Shown piece after piece: positions 9,988-20,372 of a stretch of DNA of 52,364 bases. How positions within the stretch are numbered: position 1 is the stretch's first letter; each line of letters opens with the position of its first letter. This DNA is from a virus (lineage: Duplodnaviria; Caudoviricetes): positions 1-52,364 of IMG/VR virus record IMGVR_UViG_3300030380_005007; one strand, written 5' to 3'. The position numbers were made by a program, and so were the translations under genes. The notes below the pieces were generated by a model. The model saw only the letters and a program-made list of their open reading frames with translations, had not been told where the DNA came from and did no database searches.

Positions 9988-11471
9988 TGAATGTTTTACA
10001 AAGAAAAATGTTTGCTAAAGGAGACCAAGTAAAAAAATCAAGGGTTATCCCTAGGTTTGAAAACGATACGTTACCGTTAACAGACTTTCAAATTCAAACA
10101 GGTCAAAGAACAAACAGACAAGTAAAGCCTAGAGGGGCTGATCCTCAATTTGATTCTTTTTTAGATAGATACGGAATTACAGCATCTCAGTATGCAGAGG
10201 TACATGGTCTAATAGAACCTGAATCAGGAATGCTTGGATCTGTAACTCCAGAGCTATTCTTTGGACCTGGAGGCTTACAATCTTTAGCCTCAAAAATGTT
10301 TACAACCAAAACTGTCCCTACAGGATTAAGCGGAAAAGTCCAGTTGCCTGCAGGACAACAAGGACCTCTTCAAGTAAAAGAAATTACTAAAGATGTAACA
10401 ACCTTATCTCCTTTTGGTAAAACTGCAACTGTACTACCAGCCACTCTTGCTTTAACTGGATCGAAAGCAGTTGAGGAAGAGGAAGATACTATATCGGATG
10501 ATAAAGAAGTGGATTTGGTAGCGCAAAAAGATTTAGATGTAGATCTAACCTTAAAACCAAGCACGCAAAAACTTTTAGATGAGATAATGGGCAAAAAGAA
10601 AGTTGACCCAGCAGAAGAGCGAAAAAAAGTTGGTAAAGAAGAAATAGATTTTATTGATGCAAGTTTAAAAACACTACAAGACAGAAAAAACCAACAAATA
10701 GCTGCTGTTAACAAAAAGCAACAAGAAAAAGATTACGCAACGATGAATATATTTCTTGAAGAAGTTTCTGCAGCTTTAGCTGAAAGCAGAGGTGATCTTG
10801 GGATTGGTTTATCTCAAGGAGCAGCAAATGCAGCAAAAAGAATGGGCGAAGAAGAAAGAGAAGACGAGCTTGCTTTTATTGATGCTCTAAGTGATCTTGA
10901 TTTAGATGAGGGCGGTTTAGATTTGACTGAATCAAATGTATTAAAAATTTCTGAGAGATATAGAGATGCGGTTTCATCTATTGAAAAACAAGACAATTTA
11001 AGAACAATAATTGGAGAAATGAAGTCTGCAATTAGCGGCGGCAACGTTACCGGATTAACCGGTTTTGTCAGCAGAATGATTGATAACGTAGCAGGTTTTA
11101 CTGGAATTGGAGACGATATTGTTCGTGCCGCTACCTCAGCGAAAGATAAAGGCGAATACATACAGGCTCAAGCAATTCAACAAATACTACAAGAAAGTGG
11201 AAGAACTATTTCTGATAGAGATAGACAACTTATTAAACAAATTGTTGCAAACTTAGAAAATCCTTTTATGGGTAAAGGAAGAGCCGAAGAATCTTTATCA
11301 AGAATTTTAAATAATATAAGAATGTCAGAGGATGAAGCTAGGAAAGAAGTAGAGTTTTTAAGACAAAGATACGGAACAGTAATTCCTCAGCTTGGAATGT
11401 ATGATCAAGCTCTTAGTTCAGCACCAACAACAGAACCAGAATATAATCTAGACGACGTTATAACAGGATAA
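9984..11471 (+). CDS. Internal virion protein
   Basis: 495 aa helical; position. Confidence 0.5.
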   Translation: MMNVLQRKMFAKGDQVKKSRVIPRFENDTLPLTDFQIQTGQRTNRQVKPRGADPQFDSFLDRYGITASQYAEVHGLIEPESGMLGSVTPELFFGPGGLQSLASKMFTTKTVPTGLSGKVQLPAGQQGPLQVKEITKDVTTLSPFGKTATVLPATLALTGSKAVEEEEDTISDDKEVDLVAQKDLDVDLTLKPSTQKLLDEIMGKKKVDPAEERKKVGKEEIDFIDASLKTLQDRKNQQIAAVNKKQQEKDYATMNIFLEEVSAALAESRGDLGIGLSQGAANAAKRMGEEEREDELAFIDALSDLDLDEGGLDLTESNVLKISERYRDAVSSIEKQDNLRTIIGEMKSAISGGNVTGLTGFVSRMIDNVAGFTGIGDDIVRAATSAKDKGEYIQAQAIQQILQESGRTISDRDRQLIKQIVANLENPFMGKGRAEESLSRILNNIRMSEDEARKEVEFLRQRYGTVIPQLGMYDQALSSAPTTEPEYNLDDVITG

Positions 11472-11474
11472 AAA

Positions 11475-14400
11475 ATGGCCATAAAAATAAGATTACCGAA
11501 TGGCCGTTACATCAAGGTTGAAACTGACGATCCTAGAAACGCCCAAGCAAAAGCTCAAGAATACTACAATAACGGTGGTAGAGGTTTTGTTGATAAAAAA
11601 ACAAGAAATCTAGCGGCTGAATATGATAAAAGGTTTGATTACGATTCAGGCGTTCAAGCGCCTTGGTTGCGTACAAAGCTTGCGGCGATGGAAACTCTTG
11701 GCGGTAAAGAAAAAGTATTAGAAGACGCTGTTGGATCAGATGGCTTTACTAGAGATAGCTCAGGCAGTTTAGCGCTTACGCCTTTAGGAATGGAAAGGCT
11801 CGGTTTTGACGCTACTGGAAAAAATGTAATTATTGATGAAAGTGGTCTTTCAATGAATGACCTTGTTGATTTTGCTGGAGCTTTAGGGCCAATAGCTGGA
11901 TCTATCCTAGGTAGCGTTGTTACAAGAGGAAGAATAAAACCATCTTATCCTGGAATTAAAAATATGACTCTTAAAGATTTGGGTAAAATATCTTTAGGGA
12001 CAGGTACAGGAGCAGCTGGCGGTAAATATGTAGAAGAAGGAATAGAGTACGTTGCTGGCTTGCAAGATCAAGGAGTAGCTGACTTAGCAAAATTAGGAGC
12101 TACAGAATTTGCTATAGGTGCTGGAGGAGAATTTTTGTTTGGAGCAGCAGCCAAAGGATTAAAGGCTTCACTTGGTCAAAATGCTTTAGCAAGGGGAGCT
12201 GTAGGAACGAGAGCTGTCAAGGAAGCAGCATCTTTAGCCAAAGGTGTTAAAGATGAAGCTACTGGAAAAGTTTACAAAGGAGCTACGGCAATTGCAGGAT
12301 TAGAAAGCCCCATTACAGGTCAATTACAACCTATCTTAGAAGCGATTACAAAGTATAAAGGCAGAGAAGATAATTTAGCAAAATCTTTGCTAGCTACTCT
12401 AAAAAACCTGTATCGAAAAACAAATGACTTAACAGCAGATTACAACGTTACGATTGATGATTTAAGAAAAGAAGGATTTGCAGATGTATTTTCTCAAGTT
12501 GAATCAGGAAGACTTTTAAGAGAAGGCTTGTTAGATACTTTAAATAAATTAGAAAGCAAGGCTGACGTTGCCTCCGGTCAAGTAACTCAATCAGCAAATC
12601 AGATAATCAAAGATTTTGACGCTTTTGCAGAACCTGCAACATCTCAAGCAGGAAACGACATTAGAGAGTTTGCAGTAAACGCGTATGCTTCTTGGGATGA
12701 AACGGTTGATTCATTATATGAACCTTTACAAAACTTTTTTAAAGTTCCAACAAACGTTAAAAAGCTTTTTCCAGAAGGAACATCTGGAGCTGAAATGGCT
12801 GATGCAATTAAGTTAATACCTAAAGAATCATTGCTTGAGCCTATAGAATTTATAAACGCTGCACCTTTAAGAGCACAAGCATCTCAATTAAGAAAATCCG
12901 TATTAAAAGGTGTAGATGAAGATGATCCTTTGTTTAAAGATTTGATGTATCTAGAAAATATTGGAGGCGCCGACGGCAATATGTCTTTGGACGCTTTATT
13001 AAAAATAAGAAAAGATTTAGCAAGTAAGTTAAGAGTAACAGGTAATAATGGCCAGCCTGCAAAATATGCGGGTCTTGACAGTAAAGAAAGACAAAAACTT
13101 TTAACAACTGTTAACAATATGTTTAAAAACATTGAAGACGGAAGTGAACTTGCAGTTGGAATGGCTAGACAAGCTTTTGAAAATGCTGCTGAAAATGTTC
13201 AATCGTTAAGAAGAGCCCAAGGATCAAGGGGCGGTAGACCAACTAAAGCAGAAAACGAATACATATCAGATTTACTAAGAAGAGCTGAAGACGCTGGGAA
13301 AATAAGTACTTATATAAAAGGACTAAAAATTGCTAACGGTTATTTTAGTAAAGGGTTCCAAGCTTTTGATGATGTTAATTTTAGAAAAATTTTAAATGAT
13401 GCTTCGGCTGGCGGCGCCGACGTAGACCAAATAGTTTCTAGTCTTGTTATTGGCAAGAAAAACAACGGAGAAAAACTATCAAAGCTTTTAAGCACGCTTG
13501 ACTCTGCAACTGCAGGTATAAGAGGTACTTACGATGAAACCGGCAGATTAGTTAGGGGTGCTCCTAAAGAAAGAGTTGCCTTAACAATACCAAAAGAGCA
13601 GAAAAGAATATTAGCAGAATTGGATATAAAAGTTAATGAGCCAGTTTTTGCAAACTCGCAAAATACTTTAGATATTTTGCAGAAAGAATATTTTAGAAAC
13701 ATTGTAAAAAATTTAGACCCAGACGCTCCTGTTAATTACGCCAACCTAGCCAAACAAATTAATGATCTTGGCACAACTACAGATGTTTTATTTCCTAACG
13801 GACTTAAAAGACAATTAGTTCAAGAGCTAATGGATGCTGACAATATGGTTAATACTGGATCAGTAAAAGAGCTTGAAGAGCTTTTAAAAACAGCTAAGTC
13901 AGGTGACGATATAGCGGACGCTGTAAGACAGAAAATAGCAGCAAATGCAGAGGTAGATCAATTAAGAACATCTGAGATTGTAAGAAGAATGGATCAGTTG
14001 GATACAGAAGAAATAGTTTCTACTTTATTTAAAAAAGGCAACGTTGATGAAATAAGACTTGTAAAAGAAACTCTTGGACCAGACAGTGAAAAATTTAAGC
14101 AATTTCAGGTAGGCGCGATGAACAAAATAATAACTGACGTTGTTAATCCTGGAGAAGACGTTGTTACAAAACTTTTCAACGAAGGAAAATTTTCTACTCT
14201 AGTTGATGAATACGAATCAGTTTTACGAGAAACATTTGGTGACGATCAGTTTAAGTTGATGCAAAAAGCTGCGGACTCAATTAAATACGCCATGACAGCA
14301 GAAAAAAAAGCTGGAGGAGGAACTTTGTTCACTCAAGCGTTTGTTATGAGATACATTTTTAATCCTATAGGCGCTTTAAGAGTTTTCACTCCTTTTAGAA

Positions 14401-14786
14401 TTTTTGCTACAGCTTTAGGATCACCTACTATAATAAGATATCTTGCCGGAGAAATATCTGATAAAGAAATGTTAAAAAGAGCTCCATCTTTATTAAGAGA
14501 TTTTGGTTACACAAGACCTATTACTAAAAGCATGCTTACGCAAACTCTTGCAGAGGGTGCAGAAGATGCTACACAAGAAGCAACTAGATATAGCGAAACA
14601 GACGGCGTTGATCCAAACATACCGTTAGGATCAGTACAATTACCTAAACAGCAAACTGCAAGTCTTGATTTACCAGAGGTTGAAGCACCTGCATCACAAA
14701 GACAAACTGTTGGCGGTCGAGCTGTTCCAGCCTCTTTAATATCAGATCCAATAACAAGAGATTTAGCTAATCTGCTAGGTCAGTAG
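11475..14786 (+). CDS. Large internal virion / ejection protein
   Basis: 1103 aa helical, last gene of the late block as in podoviruses. Confidence 0.55.
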   Translation: MAIKIRLPNGRYIKVETDDPRNAQAKAQEYYNNGGRGFVDKKTRNLAAEYDKRFDYDSGVQAPWLRTKLAAMETLGGKEKVLEDAVGSDGFTRDSSGSLALTPLGMERLGFDATGKNVIIDESGLSMNDLVDFAGALGPIAGSILGSVVTRGRIKPSYPGIKNMTLKDLGKISLGTGTGAAGGKYVEEGIEYVAGLQDQGVADLAKLGATEFAIGAGGEFLFGAAAKGLKASLGQNALARGAVGTRAVKEAASLAKGVKDEATGKVYKGATAIAGLESPITGQLQPILEAITKYKGREDNLAKSLLATLKNLYRKTNDLTADYNVTIDDLRKEGFADVFSQVESGRLLREGLLDTLNKLESKADVASGQVTQSANQIIKDFDAFAEPATSQAGNDIREFAVNAYASWDETVDSLYEPLQNFFKVPTNVKKLFPEGTSGAEMADAIKLIPKESLLEPIEFINAAPLRAQASQLRKSVLKGVDEDDPLFKDLMYLENIGGADGNMSLDALLKIRKDLASKLRVTGNNGQPAKYAGLDSKERQKLLTTVNNMFKNIEDGSELAVGMARQAFENAAENVQSLRRAQGSRGGRPTKAENEYISDLLRRAEDAGKISTYIKGLKIANGYFSKGFQAFDDVNFRKILNDASAGGADVDQIVSSLVIGKKNNGEKLSKLLSTLDSATAGIRGTYDETGRLVRGAPKERVALTIPKEQKRILAELDIKVNEPVFANSQNTLDILQKEYFRNIVKNLDPDAPVNYANLAKQINDLGTTTDVLFPNGLKRQLVQELMDADNMVNTGSVKELEELLKTAKSGDDIADAVRQKIAANAEVDQLRTSEIVRRMDQLDTEEIVSTLFKKGNVDEIRLVKETLGPDSEKFKQFQVGAMNKIITDVVNPGEDVVTKLFNEGKFSTLVDEYESVLRETFGDDQFKLMQKAADSIKYAMTAEKKAGGGTLFTQAFVMRYIFNPIGALRVFTPFRIFATALGSPTIIRYLAGEISDKEMLKRAPSLLRDFGYTRPITKSMLTQTLAEGAEDATQEATRYSETDGVDPNIPLGSVQLPKQQTASLDLPEVEAPASQRQTVGGRAVPASLISDPITRDLANLLGQ

Positions 14787-15195
14787 ATTTTTCTTCGTAA
14801 ATCTTCCAATTTTTTTTAAGAACATCTAACCACTTTTCCATATCCATAACCGTAACAGCGTCATTATTAACGGGCCATTCAGGATTAATTGCATGTAACG
14901 GAACGCATACGCGAATCGGTTTTCTATTATATTTAAAGACTAAAACGGGAATTCTTTGGTCAGCCGCTGCACATACCTGCTCCCACCATCCTGACTGGTA
15001 CCAATCGCCTGACTTATAGAATTTACATTCCACAGCATGATAAGGAATATTGATATCGCATAAATTGTTCGTCTGGTATTGATCAAGATTCCTCTTACAA
15101 ATATAGTTAATTTTTTCTGACTCGAAAAAAGAATTGAGTATTTTAGCAACCTCTCGCTCAAAGGTCGCCCCCTTGTTCCTAGAATTCACAGACAT
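14767..15195 (-). CDS. Holliday junction resolvase (Hjc-like PD-(D/E)XK)
   Basis: NSRNKGATFEREVA...CDI...AVECK...PVLVFK. Confidence 0.8.
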   Translation of the reverse strand: MSVNSRNKGATFEREVAKILNSFFESEKINYICKRNLDQYQTNNLCDINIPYHAVECKFYKSGDWYQSGWWEQVCAAADQRIPVLVFKYNRKPIRVCVPLHAINPEWPVNNDAVTVMDMEKWLDVLKKNWKIYEEKSTDLAD

Positions 15196-15206
15196 GTTAC
15201 TTTTGT

Positions 15207-15365
15207 TCAGCTAGATAAGCTAATTGGTTTATTGTCTTCGGTTGTAAAGTCATTATCTTCTTCCTTTCTACGTTCATTTATTAATCTCTTCCATTCATCA
15301 TATCGATAGTATGTTTTATCGACATCATCCCAAATTAATCCTAAATATACCCAATCTTTTTCCAT
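15207..15365 (-). CDS. Hypothetical protein (52 aa, not in ORF track)
   Basis: MEKDWVYLGLIWDDVDKTYYRYDEWKRL...; fills the gap in the minus-strand operon. Confidence 0.5.
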   Translation of the reverse strand: MEKDWVYLGLIWDDVDKTYYRYDEWKRLINERRKEEDNDFTTEDNKPISLSS

Positions 15366-15380
15366 AAGGTTAATTTAACA

Positions 15381-15863
15381 TTATTTCTTCTTCTTCACCA
15401 ATCCCATCTCTTCTCGATCAAATCCAAGGGGATGAGGTGAGAGACATTCAAGCTCGTCTTTGTTGAAATGTATGTACGGCTCTGAATCCTCTTCATAGAC
15501 AGGCTCTGCGACCGTTCCAAAGCGTACATCGTAAGGATAGTCAGCTCTCCAAGTATGGCTATAAACGCTGTCAGTCATTGCGTAAACAATTACAAAAGGA
15601 TAATTAGTAGCCTGGGACAAAGCTGCGCCCATACGTAATTTACTTGCTGATAAAATGATCGTATCGTACTTATCAATCGGAAATGTTCTGCATTTAACCT
15701 CCATCCAAAATGAAACTTCCTTTGATTCGCACCAGTAATCTAGACCATAACTAACTGGCAATTTGTTGCATCTAACATTCCAGAGGCCCTCAATAAAACC
15801 AGCCACACGCTCTTCACGCTTTTGGTCATTAACTGTCTCCATCTTTGGTTTAGGTGTTTCCAT
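15381..15863 (-). CDS. PD-(D/E)XK-fold nuclease-like protein
   Basis: LDYW...MEVKCR motif. Confidence 0.55.
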   Translation of the reverse strand: METPKPKMETVNDQKREERVAGFIEGLWNVRCNKLPVSYGLDYWCESKEVSFWMEVKCRTFPIDKYDTIILSASKLRMGAALSQATNYPFVIVYAMTDSVYSHTWRADYPYDVRFGTVAEPVYEEDSEPYIHFNKDELECLSPHPLGFDREEMGLVKKKK

Positions 15864-16104
15864 CTAACTCTCCTTTTTTAAAAGTAATTCTGACAATATA
15901 TTTACGAATGATAGCAATCAAAGTAAATACAGTCGTTTGGATTATCGAGGTGGTCAGCAAAGTAACTTCTAAAAAATTGCAGACATTTAAAAGAATATAA
16001 GATACCGGCAAAGCAATTATTATTCCTACGGCAACATCGCTGAGGCTTTCCTTCATCGCGTATCGATCAATCTTCATCAAAAAATTCAGGATCAATTGCA
16101 ACAA
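15850..16104 (-). CDS. Small two-TM membrane protein
   Basis: ESLSDVAVG...IIRKYIVR pattern common in phages; true start may be downstream (MKESL). Confidence 0.55.
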   Translation of the reverse strand: MLQLILNFLMKIDRYAMKESLSDVAVGIIIALPVSYILLNVCNFLEVTLLTTSIIQTTVFTLIAIIRKYIVRITFKKGELDGNT

Positions 16105-18190
16105 TACGTTTTGTTGGTCGACCTGTTCCTTTGGCTCTCATATCCTTTTCTTGTATTTCGCCTGAGTTCTTCAAGCGTTCAATAATTTCTTTGACTTCAT
16201 ATGACTTCATTGATCTAAATATTTCACGTCGATCAATATCTCTTTTTGAGATACCCCAATCGCCTTGACTACGAATGAAGTTGAGTATTTGTTTGATACG
16301 TCCTTCCATTTCTGAACCTGCAACTTTATCTCTACAGTTTTCTATCAATACTTGATCGTAGTAATTAACATAATTAATTGCCCAAAGAGTCACATCAGCG
16401 TTGATTTGTTTTGCGTTGCGATCATCAGCTAGAGCACATATCAAAGCTAAACGCATCGACTTCTCACGCGTTCTTGATAGCAACACTTCCAAGCCTTCTT
16501 TTTCTAATTTATTTTGTTGGTCAACAAGATCGTAAGCTAAGCGCTCAAGCAAGCTTTTACTTTCATCTGAGAATGGAATGACACGTTGTTTAAAATCGAT
16601 CTCTGCATTGTTCATTGATATTTGCTCCATTTCATTTTTAGCTTGACGAACATGTTGGACCCAATCCGTTGTTGATCTTGGAGGTTCTACAAATGGCTTC
16701 ATCTTGCCTACTGTTCTTGGTAGATGTGATTCCGTTACGATAAACCTGTTAAGGAATCCGTCAACGATACGACCGGTTGAGAGCGCACCGTAAAAATTCT
16801 TTGGTACGCTCATACCGACCAACGTTATTGCAGGTTTGATAGTTGACCTATCTAGCACTTCTTTTTGTTGTTTCTGCGTTAACGTCATCATCGAATAGTT
16901 GTCAGGGCGTAGGACACCATGACATCTTCCCCATGTCTCCATAAGAACTTGTAAAGCATCTTCTTTGTTTGAATTACTTGCATTAGAAATACTTTCAAGC
17001 CTTTTACCAAATTCATCCATTACAGTTATATGGGCTGGCTTATGTCTAAGCAAAGAGTAAATAGCACCACTTGATGTGTAACCATCTCCTGCCAACAAGT
17101 CTATCTGCTCAGCTTTTTCAAGAATAGCTTCTATAACTGTCTTAACGTTTTCTTTTCCTTGTCCTGATTTAGCAATACACATAAAGAACAAAGATGAAAA
17201 GTTATTCATATCTGTCTTATATATTCTTCCTAAAGCGACAGATGCTAATGCAATTGATGCTTGTAAATTGATTGCAGGCTGAGATATTTGAGCTATGTCT
17301 TCTGCGTAATTATAAACGTCACTTATAATCCCTGGTGGCTTATATAAGTCATTAGGCTCAACGATATCAATTTGTTTAGATATATATGCAGGAGCCTGCT
17401 GGTTTTTTCTTTCGTGCGTTTTTTGAATACTATTAACGGTAGTTTGTATTTCTGATTGCGGAAGTGGTGGATCGTTTTGTTCGTTCCAAGAATTTACAAA
17501 AAAGTGAACGAAATCTAAATTAAGGTTTTTAGCAATTAAGTATCCTGCTAATCTTGCAGCTTGATCATTTCTTGATCCTTCGGTTACGCCGTCAAGCGAA
17601 AGGGGAGTTGCTATGGGTTTTCCATTTACTTTCTCTGCCCCCGTAATCTTTACCCAAAGATCTTTGGTAAAGTCAGGAAGGTCTTCTATCTCATTGAGTT
17701 CCCAATCATGGATGATTGTGGGTTCATAAATGGCTCCTGTTGCATGTATATTGTGTGGTGCAACGATTAGCCCACCAACTCCCCTAATATCAATTAATTT
17801 ATCAGGATCGTGATCTTGGCCTCTTCTAGCTACGTAGGTAGTAAAGTTTTCAGGGTTATTGTAATAGTAGTGAACGCCTTTACCAGTGGCTACTTTAAAA
17901 GGTGTTACAGGTAAATTATTATCTGCCCAATTCACCGCTTCAGGTGTATCAGCATCTACTACAATAAATTTTCCGGTAACAAGAGCTACTACTAAATCAT
18001 CTCTCCCCTTGAACCATTTTTCAATTTCTGCGGTCGTTGGCTGGGTCTGTTGAAACCTTTGCCAACCGCCTAACTCTTTAGGTGGTACTTTATTTGATCT
18101 TAATAAAGGTACGACACTAATGCCTTCTTCATGGTAGGCAAGAGCTAAGTCCAACGCAGAATCTTGCGCTGTTACGTTTATATGAAACAC
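16067..18190 (-). CDS. Bifunctional primase-polymerase (Prim-Pol) + PriCT + DUF3987-like helicase
   Basis: VVDAD, TGKGVHYYY, IDIRGVGGLIVAP (Prim-Pol); EGSRND...PPLP (PriCT); AKSGQGKE Walker A, VMDEFG Walker B. Confidence 0.9.
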   Translation of the reverse strand: MFHINVTAQDSALDLALAYHEEGISVVPLLRSNKVPPKELGGWQRFQQTQPTTAEIEKWFKGRDDLVVALVTGKFIVVDADTPEAVNWADNNLPVTPFKVATGKGVHYYYNNPENFTTYVARRGQDHDPDKLIDIRGVGGLIVAPHNIHATGAIYEPTIIHDWELNEIEDLPDFTKDLWVKITGAEKVNGKPIATPLSLDGVTEGSRNDQAARLAGYLIAKNLNLDFVHFFVNSWNEQNDPPLPQSEIQTTVNSIQKTHERKNQQAPAYISKQIDIVEPNDLYKPPGIISDVYNYAEDIAQISQPAINLQASIALASVALGRIYKTDMNNFSSLFFMCIAKSGQGKENVKTVIEAILEKAEQIDLLAGDGYTSSGAIYSLLRHKPAHITVMDEFGKRLESISNASNSNKEDALQVLMETWGRCHGVLRPDNYSMMTLTQKQQKEVLDRSTIKPAITLVGMSVPKNFYGALSTGRIVDGFLNRFIVTESHLPRTVGKMKPFVEPPRSTTDWVQHVRQAKNEMEQISMNNAEIDFKQRVIPFSDESKSLLERLAYDLVDQQNKLEKEGLEVLLSRTREKSMRLALICALADDRNAKQINADVTLWAINYVNYYDQVLIENCRDKVAGSEMEGRIKQILNFIRSQGDWGISKRDIDRREIFRSMKSYEVKEIIERLKNSGEIQEKDMRAKGTGRPTKRIVAIDPEFFDED

Positions 18191-18192
18191 TA

Positions 18193-18531
18193 CTAACTCG
18201 TTTCTTCAAGTGGTCCATAGATAGATTCAAAGTCAAGCTTACCTCCAGACGCTTGTATTATTTTTTTTGCTTGTTTAATAGAAGGTTGACGTAAACCATA
18301 CCTCCACGATTTTGTTGTTGCTGGTGAGCAACCGAATAATTCAGCCGCTGGCTCAGTGCCAATGAACTCAATATATTCTTTAAGAGTATATCTCTTCACT
18401 TCTCTCTCCTTGTATTGTGGTTCTAATTTATTACTTAGAAATACTGAAAGCTCTTTTTCTGATAGAGTGATTGTTCTCCATAGATAGTTTACTTTCCATT
18501 GATCTTTATGTACTTCGTTCATATGATACAA
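18193..18531 (-). CDS. Cro-like HTH DNA-binding protein
   Basis: TLKEYI...AAELFGCSPATTKSWRYGLRQPS; start may be 18522 (MNEVH). Confidence 0.7.
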   Translation of the reverse strand: MYHMNEVHKDQWKVNYLWRTITLSEKELSVFLSNKLEPQYKEREVKRYTLKEYIEFIGTEPAAELFGCSPATTKSWRYGLRQPSIKQAKKIIQASGGKLDFESIYGPLEETS

Positions 18532-18557
18532 CCCGTTAATTATTTTGTTGTGACATA

Positions 18558-18586
18558 TTGTAATTGTAAAAAATATAAAATAAAAT
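18558..18586 (+). promoter_or_regulatory. Sigma70-like promoter of AAA/SSB operon
   Basis: TTGTAA-17-TAAAAT, then GGAGA RBS at 18604. Confidence 0.5.
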
Positions 18587-18614
18587 ACCTTTTATAAAAA
18601 AAAGGAGAAGATAT

Positions 18615-19322
18615 ATGTCAAATATATTAGATAGAATTGCCTCTCCAAGTGATCTTGTTCAAATGCAAGGAGCTAAGATTCTTGTATTTGGAGCATCTGG
18701 AGCAGGTAAAACCACGCTTTGCGCAACCGCGCCAGGCAAAACTCTCATCATCAGTATGGAAGCTGGTCTTTTATCCATCAAGGATAAAGACAATGTGACC
18801 GCTATTGAGGTAAAGGAAGCATCAGAGATCGAGGAGATCGCTCAACTATTGGAGAGCGGTAAACTTGATTATGATACTGTCTGCCTAGATAGTGTTACTG
18901 AGATGTCAGAAATACTTTTGGCTTCTGAAAAAGCTAGAAGTAAAGACCCAAGACGTGCATATGGAGAGGTCATTGAAGTAATGACTCGAACCATGCGTAG
19001 GTTTAGGGATCTGAAGATTCACGTAATCTTTGTCGCTAAAGAAGACAAGATTCGTGATGAGCAAACCGGTGTGTTTCATCATCAACCAATGATGGTAGGT
19101 GCGAAGTTACCGGTGCAAATTCCTTACTTTTTTGATGAGGTATTGGCTTTAAGAACCTTTACTGAAGAAAATGAAGAAGGTAAAAAAATTATCAATAGAT
19201 GGTTGCAAACCACTATTGGTGATAATTATACCGCTAAGGATAGGAGTGGTAAGTTAGAAACTTTTGAAGAGCCTAACTTAACACATGTCATTAATAAACT
19301 TGGATTTACATTAGGAGAGTAA
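18615..19322 (+). CDS. AAA_24 ATPase (Sak4-like recombination protein)
   Basis: GASGAGKT Walker A, TVCLDSVTE Walker B, AKDRSG C-terminus; next to SSB. Confidence 0.85.
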   Translation: MSNILDRIASPSDLVQMQGAKILVFGASGAGKTTLCATAPGKTLIISMEAGLLSIKDKDNVTAIEVKEASEIEEIAQLLESGKLDYDTVCLDSVTEMSEILLASEKARSKDPRRAYGEVIEVMTRTMRRFRDLKIHVIFVAKEDKIRDEQTGVFHHQPMMVGAKLPVQIPYFFDEVLALRTFTEENEEGKKIINRWLQTTIGDNYTAKDRSGKLETFEEPNLTHVINKLGFTLGE

Positions 19323-19323
19323 T

Positions 19324-19827
19324 ATGAGCGATTTTGCAGATGTCAAGTTTGATTTCAGTGATGATAATAGCAACACATATATACCCGAGGGCGATTATAC
19401 GACTGAGATAATTAAATGCGAAAAGACTAAGTCTAAAGCAGGTAATGATTATCTCGCACTTGAAGTTAAGGTTGTTGGTGAAAAATACAACGGCTGGATA
19501 GCAAGGAATAATTTTAACCTTTGGTATACCAACAGCGATGCTGAAAAGCAGGATGTGGTTAGAGAGATTGCTGCAAAGCAATTTTCAAAACTACTTAAAG
19601 CTTTGAACATGGATAAGAATCCACCGGCTAACGCTACTGAACTCGTTGGTCTGAACGTTGTTTCTTCACTTGGTATTGAGGAAAGCAATAACGAGGAGTA
19701 CCCTGATAGAAATAATATCACTGGGTTTTCATCCGTTACTGGCGAATCTTCAACACCCCCTAAAGTTGCACAGGATGCACCTGATTGGGTTGAGGAATCA
19801 AAACCAGCTAAACCTAGCTTAGGTTAA
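19324..19827 (+). CDS. DUF669-type single-stranded DNA-binding protein
   Basis: IPEGDY...SKAGNDYL pattern; acidic/Pro tail; usual partner of Sak4. Confidence 0.75.
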   Translation: MSDFADVKFDFSDDNSNTYIPEGDYTTEIIKCEKTKSKAGNDYLALEVKVVGEKYNGWIARNNFNLWYTNSDAEKQDVVREIAAKQFSKLLKALNMDKNPPANATELVGLNVVSSLGIEESNNEEYPDRNNITGFSSVTGESSTPPKVAQDAPDWVEESKPAKPSLG

Positions 19828-19830
19828 ACA

Positions 19831-19892
19831 AGAAGGTGCGCTAGGGTGCCTCAAGAGTCTTTTCCCCCTGTTAATGACTCACCTAGACTTCT
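19831..19892. terminator. Long stem-loop between convergent genes
   Basis: AGAAG/CTTCT, CTAGG/CCTAG, GAGTC/GACTC nested stems. Confidence 0.5.
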
Positions 19893-20097
19893 AATGAATT
19901 GTTAAACTAACTAGTTGAAGTGGATCGTATTCAGATATGTCTACGACTTTAGCTGGATAATAACTATCGCTATCTTCCATTGATTTGAGTGCGGTAAAAA
20001 ACTTTGCGGTATGTTTATCTGGAGCTTTCATTATTATGGCTTTTAGCTCGTCATCTGTTTCGTAACAGCATATGTATTTTTTTAAATTTTCAAACAT
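19891..20097 (-). CDS. Hypothetical protein
   Basis: 68 aa, coupled in operon. Confidence 0.55.
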   Translation of the reverse strand: MFENLKKYICCYETDDELKAIIMKAPDKHTAKFFTALKSMEDSDSYYPAKVVDISEYDPLQLVSLTIH

Positions 20098-20372
20098 TAA
20101 TTATCTTCCTTAATAAATCCATTTACATATAAAGCAATAATCGCATAATGAATAATCTTCATCAGATCCTCGTTTGCTTTGCCTTTCTTTTTACCAAAAC
20201 GCATTGCGTATTTCATTACATTGCCAACAGCAAATCCCTCTCCGTGACCGCTATCAATTATCATATCAGTTGCCTGATACTTACCGTTGGCGTAATGTTG
20301 GTTATAAGTTTGGTTGATGTAGTTTTCAACGGCTTTAAGAATTTCGTCTTCTTTAAACTTATAATTGATCAT
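20097..20372 (-). CDS. DUF3310 (SaV-like) protein
   Basis: HYA...GFAVGNVMKYAMRFGKK...DLMKIIHY. Confidence 0.8.
   Translation of the reverse strand: MINYKFKEDEILKAVENYINQTYNQHYANGKYQATDMIIDSGHGEGFAVGNVMKYAMRFGKKKGKANEDLMKIIHYAIIALYVNGFIKEDN

Noticed and set aside
4239-13132. Minus-strand ORFs inside structural genes (e.g. 4504-4758, 5507-5740, 10370-10714, 10814-11161, 12884-13132)
   Set aside because: Antisense shadows of long plus-strand genes, with no RBS or motifs
18193-18615. Lysogeny switch / prophage
   Set aside because: A Cro-like gene is present, but no integrase, CI-type repressor, att site or host flanks are visible
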